Positions 10,825 to 19,906 of a stretch of DNA of 64,000 nt are shown here, piece by piece. Origin of the DNA: an uncultured delta proteobacterium (GTDB taxonomy: Bacteria; Desulfobacterota; Binatia; UBA9968); the NCBI GenBank assembly GCA_963745035.1, contig CAVUVW010000005.1, positions 64,001 through 128,000 of the forward strand. The letters run 5' to 3'. The position numbers were made by a program, and so were the translations under genes. The stretch's first letter is position 1. Each line of letters begins with the position of its first letter. The notes under the pieces were generated by a model that was given only the letters and a program-made list of their open reading frames with translations, was not told the DNA's origin and did not search any database.

Positions 10825-11949
10825 TCAAAAACTGCCCCAAGGTTGTATCCCCGGGTTTACTTCTGCCGTCAGCACACTGCCGTTGAAGCGTGCCGCGGGG
10901 ACATACAACTCCGCGTCATGAGCTTGTGCCATTCGTTCGACGACACTTTGGTGAATGCGCTGGCCGTCGCGTATCGCGCGCGGTTCTTTCTTTAGTTGTA
11001 ATGAAGCGGCAATCTTACCGATGACTCCGATACCCGCGTAAAACTCCGTGTAGGAGTCACGCATCAGGGCACGAGGACTGGTCACGTCGAAGCCGGGAAT
11101 GCCGCGGGCATCGAGGGGCAGGCCGGCGTCGCGCGCCGATTGCAGCATCCAGAAGAGCGCGATGTTGGAGAGATTGGCATCGAAGTAGCCGCCGCCGACG
11201 TTGGTGTGACAGCCGCTGAACCAGACTTCGTCCACGCGGGTCTCGGCCGTCGCCGGCAACTCCCAGAACGCCGGCTCGAAACGCTCGCGTTCCTCGTCCA
11301 GCGCCAGCGCATGGGCGACGCGTTTCACGTTGGCCGGACTGATGCGGTGAAAATTGCCCAAGGTCCGACCGAAGGCGAGCGCGCCCACGGTATCCCAGAC
11401 GCCCAAAAAGTCGATTGCGGCGTCCACGGTTCCGTAGACCGATTTATCGATCGGGCTGGTATCCATATAGGCATCGTAGAGATCCAGAACTTCCTCTTCC
11501 TTGAGCGCGCGCGGCTCCATCGGCAAACCGGCGAGGTCGATGAAGCCGGCGAGGCTGCGGACGGCGAAAGCGCCGCGGCTAAAGCCGAAGGCGAAAATCC
11601 GATCGCCCGGACGGTATCTTTCCGCGAGAAACCGATAGGCGTCGCGGATGCGCTCTGAAGTGCCGGTGCCGGTGGCGCCTTCGAGGACTTGGTGCTTCAC
11701 GGTGCCGCTGGTGCCGATGCCCGCCAGATAAACGACTTCGCCTTCGACTCCGGTAAAAAGAATTTTCGGCTTTATCGGCGCGATGGAGCCGTAATAGAAA
11801 GTTCGGGCGAGGGCCCGATTGGCCAGCGCCTCCCAGGTTCTTACGAGGTTGGACGATGCCGCTTTTTCCTCGGCGCTCACCGGGTCCTTGTCGCGCTGCC
11901 CCGGTTGGTTCCAGGTACCGTCGATGCAAACAATCCAGGTTTTCGCCAT
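10825..11949 (-). CDS. DUF2235 alpha/beta-hydrolase (Tle1-like phospholipase family)
   Basis: CIDGTWN, FGFSRGAF nucleophile elbow, GVWDTVGA, HALALDE, WFSGCHTNVGGG. Confidence 0.9.
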   Translation of the reverse strand: MAKTWIVCIDGTWNQPGQRDKDPVSAEEKAASSNLVRTWEALANRALARTFYYGSIAPIKPKILFTGVEGEVVYLAGIGTSGTVKHQVLEGATGTGTSERIRDAYRFLAERYRPGDRIFAFGFSRGAFAVRSLAGFIDLAGLPMEPRALKEEEVLDLYDAYMDTSPIDKSVYGTVDAAIDFLGVWDTVGALAFGRTLGNFHRISPANVKRVAHALALDEERERFEPAFWELPATAETRVDEVWFSGCHTNVGGGYFDANLSNIALFWMLQSARDAGLPLDARGIPGFDVTSPRALMRDSYTEFYAGIGVIGKIAASLQLKKEPRAIRDGQRIHQSVVERMAQAHDAELYVPAARFNGSVLTAEVNPGIQPWGSF

Positions 11950-12293
11950 GATCTTCTCCAGTGAAAATAGAACGCGGGGGTTCTTCACGTCCCGCCATGA
12001 AGCGGGATGGAAAATACCGGAGCAAGGATACCAAATCTTCATGGCCGCGCGCGAGAGAATTTCCGAACTTGGTAGTAACTCATTTGGTTGACGGGGTCTT
12101 GATCAAGAGTCGCAGTAAAAAAGTTGTTAGCCTGTCATAACAATTGTGACGTTCAGTCATTTGGTTTACTTTGAAATGATGTGATGTTTCTCAAAGCCAT
12201 TCCCGCATCGAGCAGCGAGCGGCGGAGAATGTACGGCGATTGATCCGGGCAATGGCGGAAGTTTTTAGCAAGCGTTGCAGACGAGGGGGCGCG

Positions 12294-12638
12294 ATGAAAC
12301 GCAAGCTGGGGTTCGTTTTGGCGATCTTATTTACTCTCGCTCTCGACGCGACGGGGGCGTCCGCCGACATGCAGGAGGATATAGATCGCGCTGTATCGAT
12401 TATCGAGCGCTTTCAGGAGATACCGGAGTCGGCGATTCCGCCGGCGGCGATCTACACGTACGGCCGCAACCAAGGCATTTTTGGCGGCGTGTCGTTGGAA
12501 GGGACGGTCATCGCAACCCGCTATTCAGCTAATGAGGAATACTACGGCAAGCCGATGTTCCCCGCCGATATTCTCGCGGGCAACGTCAAGCCGCCGCCGA
12601 GCGCCCAGAAACTGCTCGACGTCTTATCGAAATACTGA
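12294..12638 (+). pseudogene. Ysc84/SYLF lipid-binding protein with a large in-frame internal deletion
   Basis: Signal peptide and IPESAIPPA joined directly to the C-terminal motif AIYTYGRNQGIFGGVSLEG...NEEYYG. Confidence 0.75.
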
Positions 12639-12680
12639 GTTCTTCTTGCCCGTCGTCGGGCGACTCAAATCGTTCCTCGC

Positions 12681-13661
12681 TTACTTGATCTGCTTCGCGC
12701 GCGTATACGGGCCGGCGTCAAAGGCGCCGTCAGGCGCGTCTTTGGCGCCGCCGCCGGCGGCTTTCACGATGTCGTACATCTTTTTCAGCGAAGCGATGTC
12801 CGCGGCTTCGAAGCTCGCGATGTAGGCGCCGTCCCACTGATCGGCGTAAGCGCGCGCGTCGGTGGCGTTCATGTTCGCCGCTTTCTGGAGAATTTCGGCG
12901 ACGCGCGGCTTATTCTTGGAGCCGTATTGCAGCGCGTTGCGGGTGGCGGCGATAAACTTCGCCGCAGGCTCCGGATTCTTGGCGAGATAGTCGCTGTGCA
13001 CGATGGTCACGGCGAGGATCGGCGGCGCATTGCCTTTGGTGAGTTTTTTCCACTCATCGACGATGCTGGCCAGTCGCCGCAGCTTGGTTCCTTCCAACTG
13101 CGCAAGCGTCACCGAACGCAGCACTCCCGCGTCGATTTCCTTCTGCGTCAAGAACTGCGCGAGCTGGGCTTCATTGCCTGGCGCGACGCTGTATTGGTTC
13201 GGCTTGAGACCGAAATTGTTTTCGAGGATCGCCGTGGCGAGCGCGTGGGTCGCGCTGCCGGCCGGCGACATGCCGATCTTTCTGCCCTTGAGCTCGCTCA
13301 CCGACTTGATCGGCGCGCCGTCGAGGACGGCGATCTGCGCTTCGGCGATCTGCGTCGCGAGCACGATCTTCACCGGCACGCCGTCGGCGGCGATGCCGAT
13401 GGAGTTGGTCGAGGGCGCGGCAAAGGCGATATCGATGGCGTTGGAGACGATCGCCCGGGTCGGCCCGTTGACCTCGGCGAATTTCACCCATTCGACGCCG
13501 AGCCCCTGGCTTTCGGCGAATTTCATCTGCTCCATCACCGCGCCGAAGCCGAGGCTGAAGCCGCTCGTCCAGTAACCGACCTTCATCTTTTGCCCGGCGA
13601 CCGAACCGGGAGCAAACACGGCCAGGAACACCGCCGCAGCGATCAGTTTCATCGTTGTCAT
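12681..13661 (-). CDS. NitT/TauT-family ABC substrate-binding protein
   Basis: Signal peptide; IKSVSELKGRKIG motif; operon with ATPase and permease. Confidence 0.85.
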   Translation of the reverse strand: MTTMKLIAAAVFLAVFAPGSVAGQKMKVGYWTSGFSLGFGAVMEQMKFAESQGLGVEWVKFAEVNGPTRAIVSNAIDIAFAAPSTNSIGIAADGVPVKIVLATQIAEAQIAVLDGAPIKSVSELKGRKIGMSPAGSATHALATAILENNFGLKPNQYSVAPGNEAQLAQFLTQKEIDAGVLRSVTLAQLEGTKLRRLASIVDEWKKLTKGNAPPILAVTIVHSDYLAKNPEPAAKFIAATRNALQYGSKNKPRVAEILQKAANMNATDARAYADQWDGAYIASFEAADIASLKKMYDIVKAAGGGAKDAPDGAFDAGPYTRAKQIK

Positions 13662-13693
13662 TTTTCCTCCCGTGTATTGAAGATGAATCCCGT

Positions 13694-14488
13694 TCAAATC
13701 AGCGCGCGCAGGCGCTGCATACAGCTTGCCACTTCGGGCTGAGTAATTTCGCGGGGGCGCGGCGGGGAAATGTGGACGACTTCCCGAATCGTTCCCGGCC
13801 GCGGCGACATGACCGCGACTTGATCGGCCAACAGCGCCGCCTCCGCTACGTCGTGGGTCACGAACACGACGGTCATGCCCTTCAGCCGGTGGATGCGCAG
13901 CAGCTCGTCGTGCATGAGGCCGCGCGTCTGCGCATCGAGGCGAGAAAAGGGCTCGTCCATCAGCAGAATGCGCGGCTCGGTCACGAGGCTGCGGGCGAGC
14001 GCGACGCGACTGCGCATGCCGCCGGAAAGCTGATAGGGAAACGCGTCTTTGAAGCCTTTCAGCTCGACGAGATCGAGGGTTGCGAGCGCCCGGCGCGCGC
14101 GTTCCTTAGCCGCCGTCGAGCCGGCTTCCAGCGCGAACTCGACGTTGCGCATGGCGGTGCGCCACGGGAGCAGGCGATCGTCCTGGAACATGTAGCTGAC
14201 CGAGCCCCAGTCGTTGAACTCTTCGCCGGCGGCGCCGCAGATGCAGACCTGCCCGCGGTCGGGCTTCAAGATGCCGGAAATGATGTTGAGCAACGTGCTC
14301 TTGCCCGAGCCCGATGCGCCGATCAGGCCGACGATCGCCTGGGGCGGCACCGTGAGGTTGACGTTTTTGAGCACCGCCAGCGCGTGACCGTTGTTGGCGA
14401 AAGTCTTGTCGATGCCGCTCAGCCGGATCGCTGCCTGCGCCGACCCCGCTTCGTCGCAATTCTGTTCGATGAGTTCGCTGCGGCTCAT
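13694..14488 (-). CDS. NitT/TauT ABC ATP-binding protein
   Basis: GASGSGKST, LSGGMRSR, LLMDEPF, VTHD. Confidence 0.92.
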   Translation of the reverse strand: MSRSELIEQNCDEAGSAQAAIRLSGIDKTFANNGHALAVLKNVNLTVPPQAIVGLIGASGSGKSTLLNIISGILKPDRGQVCICGAAGEEFNDWGSVSYMFQDDRLLPWRTAMRNVEFALEAGSTAAKERARRALATLDLVELKGFKDAFPYQLSGGMRSRVALARSLVTEPRILLMDEPFSRLDAQTRGLMHDELLRIHRLKGMTVVFVTHDVAEAALLADQVAVMSPRPGTIREVVHISPPRPREITQPEVASCMQRLRALI

Positions 14489-14497
14489 AGCGCCCGA

Positions 14498-15313
14498 TCA
14501 TTGCGCCTCGGCGCTCTTTTTCCAACGGAACAAATAATTTTCCAGCGGCTTAAGCATGCCCATCTCGATAGTCGCCATCATGATCACGAGAGTCAAAGTC
14601 CAGGCGAACACCTGGTCGGTGCGAATCAGATCCGCGGCCTGGCGCAGGCGATAACCGACGCCGCTGGAGGAGCCGATGGTTTCGGCGACCAGCGAAACGC
14701 GCCAGCCGAAGCCGAACGCGAGCCTGGCGCCGGAGAAAAAGTAGGGAAGGATGGTCGGAAAATAGATCTTGGTCATGACCTTCCAGCGCGGCATGCGCAG
14801 CGACTGGGCAAGCTCAATGAAGTCGGCGTTGACCGTGCGCGTGCCTTGCCAGACGTTGGTGATGATCAGCGGCATCGCCGTCATGAATACCACAAAGATC
14901 GTCGTGGCGTTGGAAATGCCAAACCAGATGATGGCGAAGATCGCCCAGATCGCCGAAGAGACGGTGTTCAGCACCGGAAGAACCGGCTCGAAAAACTCGC
15001 CGGCGCGCTGGTTGGCACCGAGCACGATCCCGCACGGCAGTCCGATCAAGGCCGCGGCCACGAAGCCCGCCGCGACGCGCCAGAGCGTGACGGCAAGGTT
15101 GCTCCAGAGATCGCCGCTGCCGCCGATGAGCTGGAGCGCGTCCCAGACGCGCGCCGGTCCCGGCAGAATGTAGTGCGGCATGGAGCGGGACGCGAGCCAC
15201 CATAGGACGACCGCTGCGGCCGCCAATGCGACACGTTGGGCGATCAGATCGAGCCGCAGCCAATGGGAAAGCGGCTGCGCTGGCAGTTTGGTTTCGCTCG
15301 CTTCGCTGGCCAC
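14498..15313 (-). CDS. NitT/TauT ABC permease
   Basis: Hydrophobic; EAA-like loop ELAQSLR; W...VAE..G...GVG motif. Confidence 0.9.
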   Translation of the reverse strand: MASEASETKLPAQPLSHWLRLDLIAQRVALAAAAVVLWWLASRSMPHYILPGPARVWDALQLIGGSGDLWSNLAVTLWRVAAGFVAAALIGLPCGIVLGANQRAGEFFEPVLPVLNTVSSAIWAIFAIIWFGISNATTIFVVFMTAMPLIITNVWQGTRTVNADFIELAQSLRMPRWKVMTKIYFPTILPYFFSGARLAFGFGWRVSLVAETIGSSSGVGYRLRQAADLIRTDQVFAWTLTLVIMMATIEMGMLKPLENYLFRWKKSAEAQ

Positions 15314-15378
15314 GTTTGCCGCACCTCACCACCGAAACCGTAATGCCTTGATTCAGCCATGAATTTCTCACGATGTCA

Positions 15379-15606
15379 CTAGCTGTAAACCAAGCTATCT
15401 CGTGATCGCGTACAAATAACAATCGCGCGGTCGCCCGACATGGATGGCTGTATAATGTAACGGCGGAGAATCCCTTCGCGGGACATGCCGATTTTCTCCA
15501 GCGTGCGAGCTGAGGCGATGTTTTCCACATCGCAGAAAGCCTGAACCCTGAAAATAGCCGCCTGGCGCAGGGCGTGTTTGACCAAACAGCCTGCCGCTTC
15601 AGCCAT
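15379..15606 (-). pseudogene. RimJ/RimL GNAT acetyltransferase C-terminal remnant
   Basis: RVQAFCDVENIASARTLEKIGMSREGILR; N-terminal part absent. Confidence 0.7.
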
Positions 15607-15940
15607 GATGCCGCGGCGGAAGCGATGCAGCGTCTCGATCGGCTCAATGCCGAGCGCAGAAGGGCGGGCAAGCCCACCGCCGTGGTCGATCTCGCACTTT
15701 ACGTGGGGGAGGGTTCTCTACGGCAACGTCGGCGCCATCGACCGTCTCGACTTTCACCGTCATCGGCCCGGCGGTCAACGAAGTCGCGCGCATCGAAGCT
15801 TGTGCGAGCCGCTGGGGCGCAACGTGCTCATCTCCGCCGAGTTCGCGTCGCTGGTCGATGAGGGCCCGTCGGTTGGAGCCGCTCGGCCACCGTCCGCTCC
15901 GCGGTGTGCGCGAGCCAAGACAAGTCTATGCGCTCGATCT
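15606..15940 (+). pseudogene. Class III adenylate/guanylate cyclase remnant with several frameshifts
   Basis: Pieces DLALYVGE / VLYGNVGAIDRLDF / PAVNEVARIE / LCEPLGRNVLISAEF lie in alternating frames. Confidence 0.75.
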
Positions 15941-16054
15941 TGACTCTAAGAAGAGAATCGGGCAGCGGTCGTTCCCGCTTGTTAGGATTTTGGGCAAAGC
16001 TGGGATCAGACTTGCCTAAGCCGCGAGCTGTTCGTAGTCGTCGATATTTGGATC

Positions 16055-16375
16055 TCAATCACTGCCAGAGAAGCGGTTGTCCTTGAGCGTTTTCCAGAGA
16101 TCGATCCGGACCTGCGGGTCGGAGAGATCGAGCTTGGTGCCGGTGCGATCGAACGGCTGCTCGGTCACCGGATCGCCGGGCATAAAGAGCGTGAACTGCT
16201 GATGCCATTGGCCGGTGCAGGGGATCTCCTCCTCGGTCAAATCTTTAACTTCGGGTGCCACTCGTTTCATGCTTAAACCGTGTCGGGAAGTCGAGAAAAA
16301 AGTAGCGTTCATCGAGTCGCGAATTGCCCGCCGACGGCGCGAACGCGCTCTCCACTTTGAGAACATTGCGCTCAA
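16055..16375 (-). CDS. Small hypothetical protein overlapping the stop of the upstream diiron oxidase (alternative start 16270)
   Basis: 106-aa ORF with 4-bp overlap at 16372-16375. Confidence 0.55.
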   Translation of the reverse strand: MSAMFSKWRARSRRRRAIRDSMNATFFSTSRHGLSMKRVAPEVKDLTEEEIPCTGQWHQQFTLFMPGDPVTEQPFDRTGTKLDLSDPQVRIDLWKTLKDNRFSGSD

Positions 16376-17070
16376 GTTCTCGCCATCGCTCGGGCCATGC
16401 CGCCGAAATAGACGCGGTGGATGTCCATCGAATCCGTCGCGGTCGTGATCACGTCGTGCTCCCGCCCCGGCGCGACATACTTTTCCAGAACGTCGATGAA
16501 CATGTCCGAGTGCTTCACGTCGGCCTTGCTGTGCGCGGTGAAGTTGGGCATCTGGGCGGCGCTGAAGTTTAAATCGCGCGACCAGATCTTGTAGAGCCGG
16601 CTGCAGTTGCCGCCGCCGATGTCGCCCAACAGCCGATCGTCATTGGTCCACTCGGCGATGGTCGACGCCGCGATGGCTTCCTGCCACGGACGGGTGCGCG
16701 CGATCCAAAACCACGCGTACATGGCCGATTTGGTGGTGGGCAACGGCTCGGCGTTCATGACCTCGTCCACGCTCAACCCGACTTCTTTTCCCTGACGAAC
16801 GATGAGATCCATGTGGCCGATCTTGGAATGCTCGTCTTCGACCAGCTCCTCGTACTCGTGCTCCAAGATCCTTTGCTTGACCTCGAACTCCGGGCAGTTT
16901 GCCGCCACCTGGGGCCAATTGTTGCGCCGCTGGCGCGCATAGAGACCGAGCTGGCGCAGATAGATGCGCGCGCGCTCCGGGGTCATCTTCATCGCGTAGA
17001 AGTCTTCCATCTCGGGCGTGCGAAAGAAGTCTCTGACAACTTCACCGAGCGCCTGGCGCCATTGTTGTGC
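16372..17070 (-). CDS. Heme-oxygenase-like diiron oxidase (CADD/PqqC/TenA superfamily); start uncertain
   Basis: EHEYEEL..H, AEW and HSKADVKH (H-x3-D-x2-H) ligand pattern; frame stays open upstream of 17010 (QQWRQALGEVVRDFFRTPE). Confidence 0.8.
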   Translation of the reverse strand, partial: AQQWRQALGEVVRDFFRTPEMEDFYAMKMTPERARIYLRQLGLYARQRRNNWPQVAANCPEFEVKQRILEHEYEELVEDEHSKIGHMDLIVRQGKEVGLSVDEVMNAEPLPTTKSAMYAWFWIARTRPWQEAIAASTIAEWTNDDRLLGDIGGGNCSRLYKIWSRDLNFSAAQMPNFTAHSKADVKHSDMFIDVLEKYVAPGREHDVITTATDSMDIHRVYFGGMARAMART

Positions 17071-17308
17071 GTTAATTGACTATCCGCAACAATTCCAAAA
17101 TTGCACGACCGCCGACGGTACAATGCCAACGCGCCTAAAACCCTGGAAGGAATATAAATATAAATGAGCTGGACGTCGAGGCAGCCCCCCAACAGGCGGG
17201 GTGACGTCTTTGAGGTCAATGATCTTCGCTGTCATCCGACCCTAAGCCGGATAACAGCTCCTCGGTTAATCAAAGATAATTCCACGTGAAAAATTTACCC
17301 TGAAAGCC

Positions 17309-17340
17309 TTGACACGTTCAGTAAGTAAATGCTAACTAAC
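17309..17340 (+). promoter_or_regulatory. Promoter with putative TetR auto-operator
   Basis: TTGACA at 17309 followed by imperfect palindrome AGTAAGTA-AA-TGCTAACT directly before the TetR start. Confidence 0.5.
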
Positions 17341-17342
17341 CG

Positions 17343-18035
17343 ATGATGTCGAGCGCTCCACGGCTGTCCGCGGAAGAGCGGAAGGAGGCGATTGTCGAGG
17401 CAGTGCGCGACGTCTTCGCCGAAAAGGGATTCGACGGCACCACGACCCGCGAGCTCGCCAAGGCCGCGGGGGTTTCCGAAGCGCTGCTGTACAAGCATTT
17501 TCCCAGCAAAGAGTCGCTCTACGCGGCGATGCTCGACGGCTGCGCCAAAGGCCCGACGTTCGCCGAAGCCAGCCGGATTCTCGAGCTCGAAGCCTCGACC
17601 TCGACGCTGGTCGTGATGGTGCATTTCATGATCTCGCACTACGTGCTCGGGCGCGCCGGGGATCTGCATCGCGCGGCGCTCAATGCGCTGTTGGTCCGAA
17701 GTCTGCTGGAGGACGGCGAGTTCGTCCGCTTGATGCACAAGAAGCTCGCCGCGGCGTGGGTCAAGAAATTCGAAGGCTGCCTGCATGCGGCGGCGCGGGC
17801 CGGCGAGCTGAACGACGTGCCGGTGCGCCGCGATCTCTGCGTGTGGTTGGTGCAGCACGTGGCGTTCTCGTTGATGCTGCACTTGCAGCCCAAGACGCCG
17901 GCGATCGACTACAAGGTATCGAAGGAAGAGCTGGTGTCCCAAGCGACCTGGTTCGGTTTATTGGGCATCGGCCTTAAACAGGAGGCGGTGCGGCGCTATT
18001 ATAATCCTAAGGCGCTGCGCTTGCTGGCGAGTTAA
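17343..18035 (+). CDS. TetR/AcrR family regulator
   Basis: FAEKGFDGTTTRELAKAAGVSEALLYKHFPSKE HTH. Confidence 0.92.
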   Translation: MMSSAPRLSAEERKEAIVEAVRDVFAEKGFDGTTTRELAKAAGVSEALLYKHFPSKESLYAAMLDGCAKGPTFAEASRILELEASTSTLVVMVHFMISHYVLGRAGDLHRAALNALLVRSLLEDGEFVRLMHKKLAAAWVKKFEGCLHAAARAGELNDVPVRRDLCVWLVQHVAFSLMLHLQPKTPAIDYKVSKEELVSQATWFGLLGIGLKQEAVRRYYNPKALRLLAS

Positions 18036-18109
18036 CGTCTCTCGCGGGGGAACGATTAATCTCCGCGAGAACGCTGGCAGTCCGGCCCCCGTTTCAGCGA
18101 CAACCGCAT

Positions 18110-18157
18110 CGATTCCGGCTTGAGTTGATCCTGAGTACGGCGCAGGGCCGGAATGAC
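18110..18157. repeat. REP-like palindrome
   Basis: GATTCCGGC...GCCGGAATGACG arms. Confidence 0.45.
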
Positions 18158-18289
18158 GACAACAACGGTCGAGTAGTGCAGACCCCTGCCGGGAGCCGAG
18201 GGTCGTTCGATAATAATTTCACTTTTTGATTCCGCAGCCGGTAAGCAAAGATTTACCAGATTATTTTTGATCACTTTTTTGGAGGGCAG

Positions 18290-18718
18290 ATGAAAGCGCA
18301 GAATAGCAATGGAAACAGCGCTCCCCAGCGGAGCCACGGTTTGGACGAGCGGGTCGGCTCGCTGTTTCAGCCGGATACGCTCTTGGGCGAGGATTACGCC
18401 GCCAACTTTCGGCGCAAGATTCCGTTGGAGCCCGAGCGGATTCTTCTGCTCGCGATTCTCGAGGATGGCGTCCGCTGCTATCAGGAAAACCTGTTTGTCT
18501 CGGGCGGCAAAAGGCGGGCGTTGTTCGAGGAAGCGAAGGAATGGCTTTTCAGTGACGACGCGATGTGGTTCTGCTCGTTTGTCTCGATTTGCACGATGTT
18601 GAATCTGGATCCGAACTATATTCGCCGCGGTTTGCAGCAGTGGGAGAGCCGCGCGCGCAAGTCGGCGCCTGCAAAGCAGCGGAAAAGCGCCGCCAACGAG
18701 CAAAGGCTGGTCGCCTAG
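18290..18718 (+). CDS. Conserved hypothetical protein (FQPDTLL / LAILED / SF..IC..L..DP..IR family)
   Basis: GGAGG SD; helical 142-aa ORF. Confidence 0.75.
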   Translation: MKAQNSNGNSAPQRSHGLDERVGSLFQPDTLLGEDYAANFRRKIPLEPERILLLAILEDGVRCYQENLFVSGGKRRALFEEAKEWLFSDDAMWFCSFVSICTMLNLDPNYIRRGLQQWESRARKSAPAKQRKSAANEQRLVA

Positions 18719-18739
18719 CGTCATTGTATCGGGGGTTTC

Positions 18740-19906
18740 GTGGTCCATGCCGAAGTCGGTAGGCGCTGGATCGGATGCGCACCGCTTGGCCTCGCGCTGT
18801 TCGCTGCGTGCCTAGCCGTTGGCTGCGGCAAAGAATCGCAGCCCAATTTCGAACGGCCGCCGGCCCCGGTTGTGGTCGCCGCGGCCGTCGCCGAGGACGT
18901 TCCCATCTACATCGACGCGGTCGGCAAGATCGCTGCCCGCGAAGTCGTATCGATCCAGCCGCAGGTCTCCGGCCGCATCGTCAAGCTGCACTTCAGCGAC
19001 GGGGCCGACATCAAGATCGGTGATCTGCTTTTCACCATCGACCCGCGCCCGTATCAGGCACAGCTCAATCAAGCCGAGGCCAATCTCGCCGGCGCGGAAG
19101 CGGCGTTAGACCTGGCGAAGACCAATTTTGCCAGGGTGGAGGCCGTCAGTGACCCGCGTGCGGTTTCGCGCCAGGATTACGACGCGAAAAAAGCCGCCGT
19201 GGAGAGCGCAGAGGCCGAGGTCAGGCAAAACCGCGCGGCGGTAGAGACCGCGCGATTAAATCTCGAATATTGCACGATCCGCTCGCCGATCAACGGCCGG
19301 GCCGGACAGCGGCAGGTGGATGTTGGCAATGTGGTCTCGCCGAGCAATGGCTCACTCTTGGTCATTCAGAGACTCGATCCGATCTATGCCGATTTCACGA
19401 TCACCGAAAAAGATCTGAGCCGGGTGCAGCGCAACATGACGCAGCGCACCCTAAGAACCGAGGTGAGCCTGCCGGACGATGATGGCGCGCCGCGCGAGGG
19501 CAAGCTGACGTTTGTCGATAATTCGGTCCAGGAAGGCACCGGCACCGTAAAGCTTCGCGCGACGTTAGCCAACGGCGACCGGCGCTTCTGGCCGGGACGC
19601 TTTGCTAATGTCCGGCTGATCCTCGCCACTCAGGAGCAGGCCGTTTTGGTCCCGGCGGGGGCGCCGAATATGTCGGCGAAGGGTCCCTTCGTTTACGTCG
19701 TCAAGCCGGATTCCAGCGCAGAGCTCAGGCCCGTCACACCCGGGCAGCGCCAGGGCGAACTGATTGTCATCGAAAAGGGAGTCAAAGCGGGCGAGCGGGT
19801 CGTCGTGCAGGGCCAGCTCGGCGTCACCCCGGGAGGGAAGGTCAGCATCGCTAAACCGGCTGCGCCACAAAATGCGCCTGCGCCAACGCCGGAAACCAAG
19901 TCGTGA
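18740..19906 (+). CDS. RND efflux periplasmic adaptor (MdtA-like lipoprotein)
   Basis: Lipobox AVGC; PQVSG, IDPRPYQA, TIRSPINGRAG, GTVKLRA. Confidence 0.92.
   Translation: MVHAEVGRRWIGCAPLGLALFAACLAVGCGKESQPNFERPPAPVVVAAAVAEDVPIYIDAVGKIAAREVVSIQPQVSGRIVKLHFSDGADIKIGDLLFTIDPRPYQAQLNQAEANLAGAEAALDLAKTNFARVEAVSDPRAVSRQDYDAKKAAVESAEAEVRQNRAAVETARLNLEYCTIRSPINGRAGQRQVDVGNVVSPSNGSLLVIQRLDPIYADFTITEKDLSRVQRNMTQRTLRTEVSLPDDDGAPREGKLTFVDNSVQEGTGTVKLRATLANGDRRFWPGRFANVRLILATQEQAVLVPAGAPNMSAKGPFVYVVKPDSSAELRPVTPGQRQGELIVIEKGVKAGERVVVQGQLGVTPGGKVSIAKPAAPQNAPAPTPETKS

Noticed and set aside
13655-15205. Long antisense ORFs (this 516-aa one, also 7527..8606, 26773..28026, 33878..34930 and others)
   Set aside because: They are shadow or alternative frames of well-supported genes, expected in GC-rich DNA, and carry no motifs.
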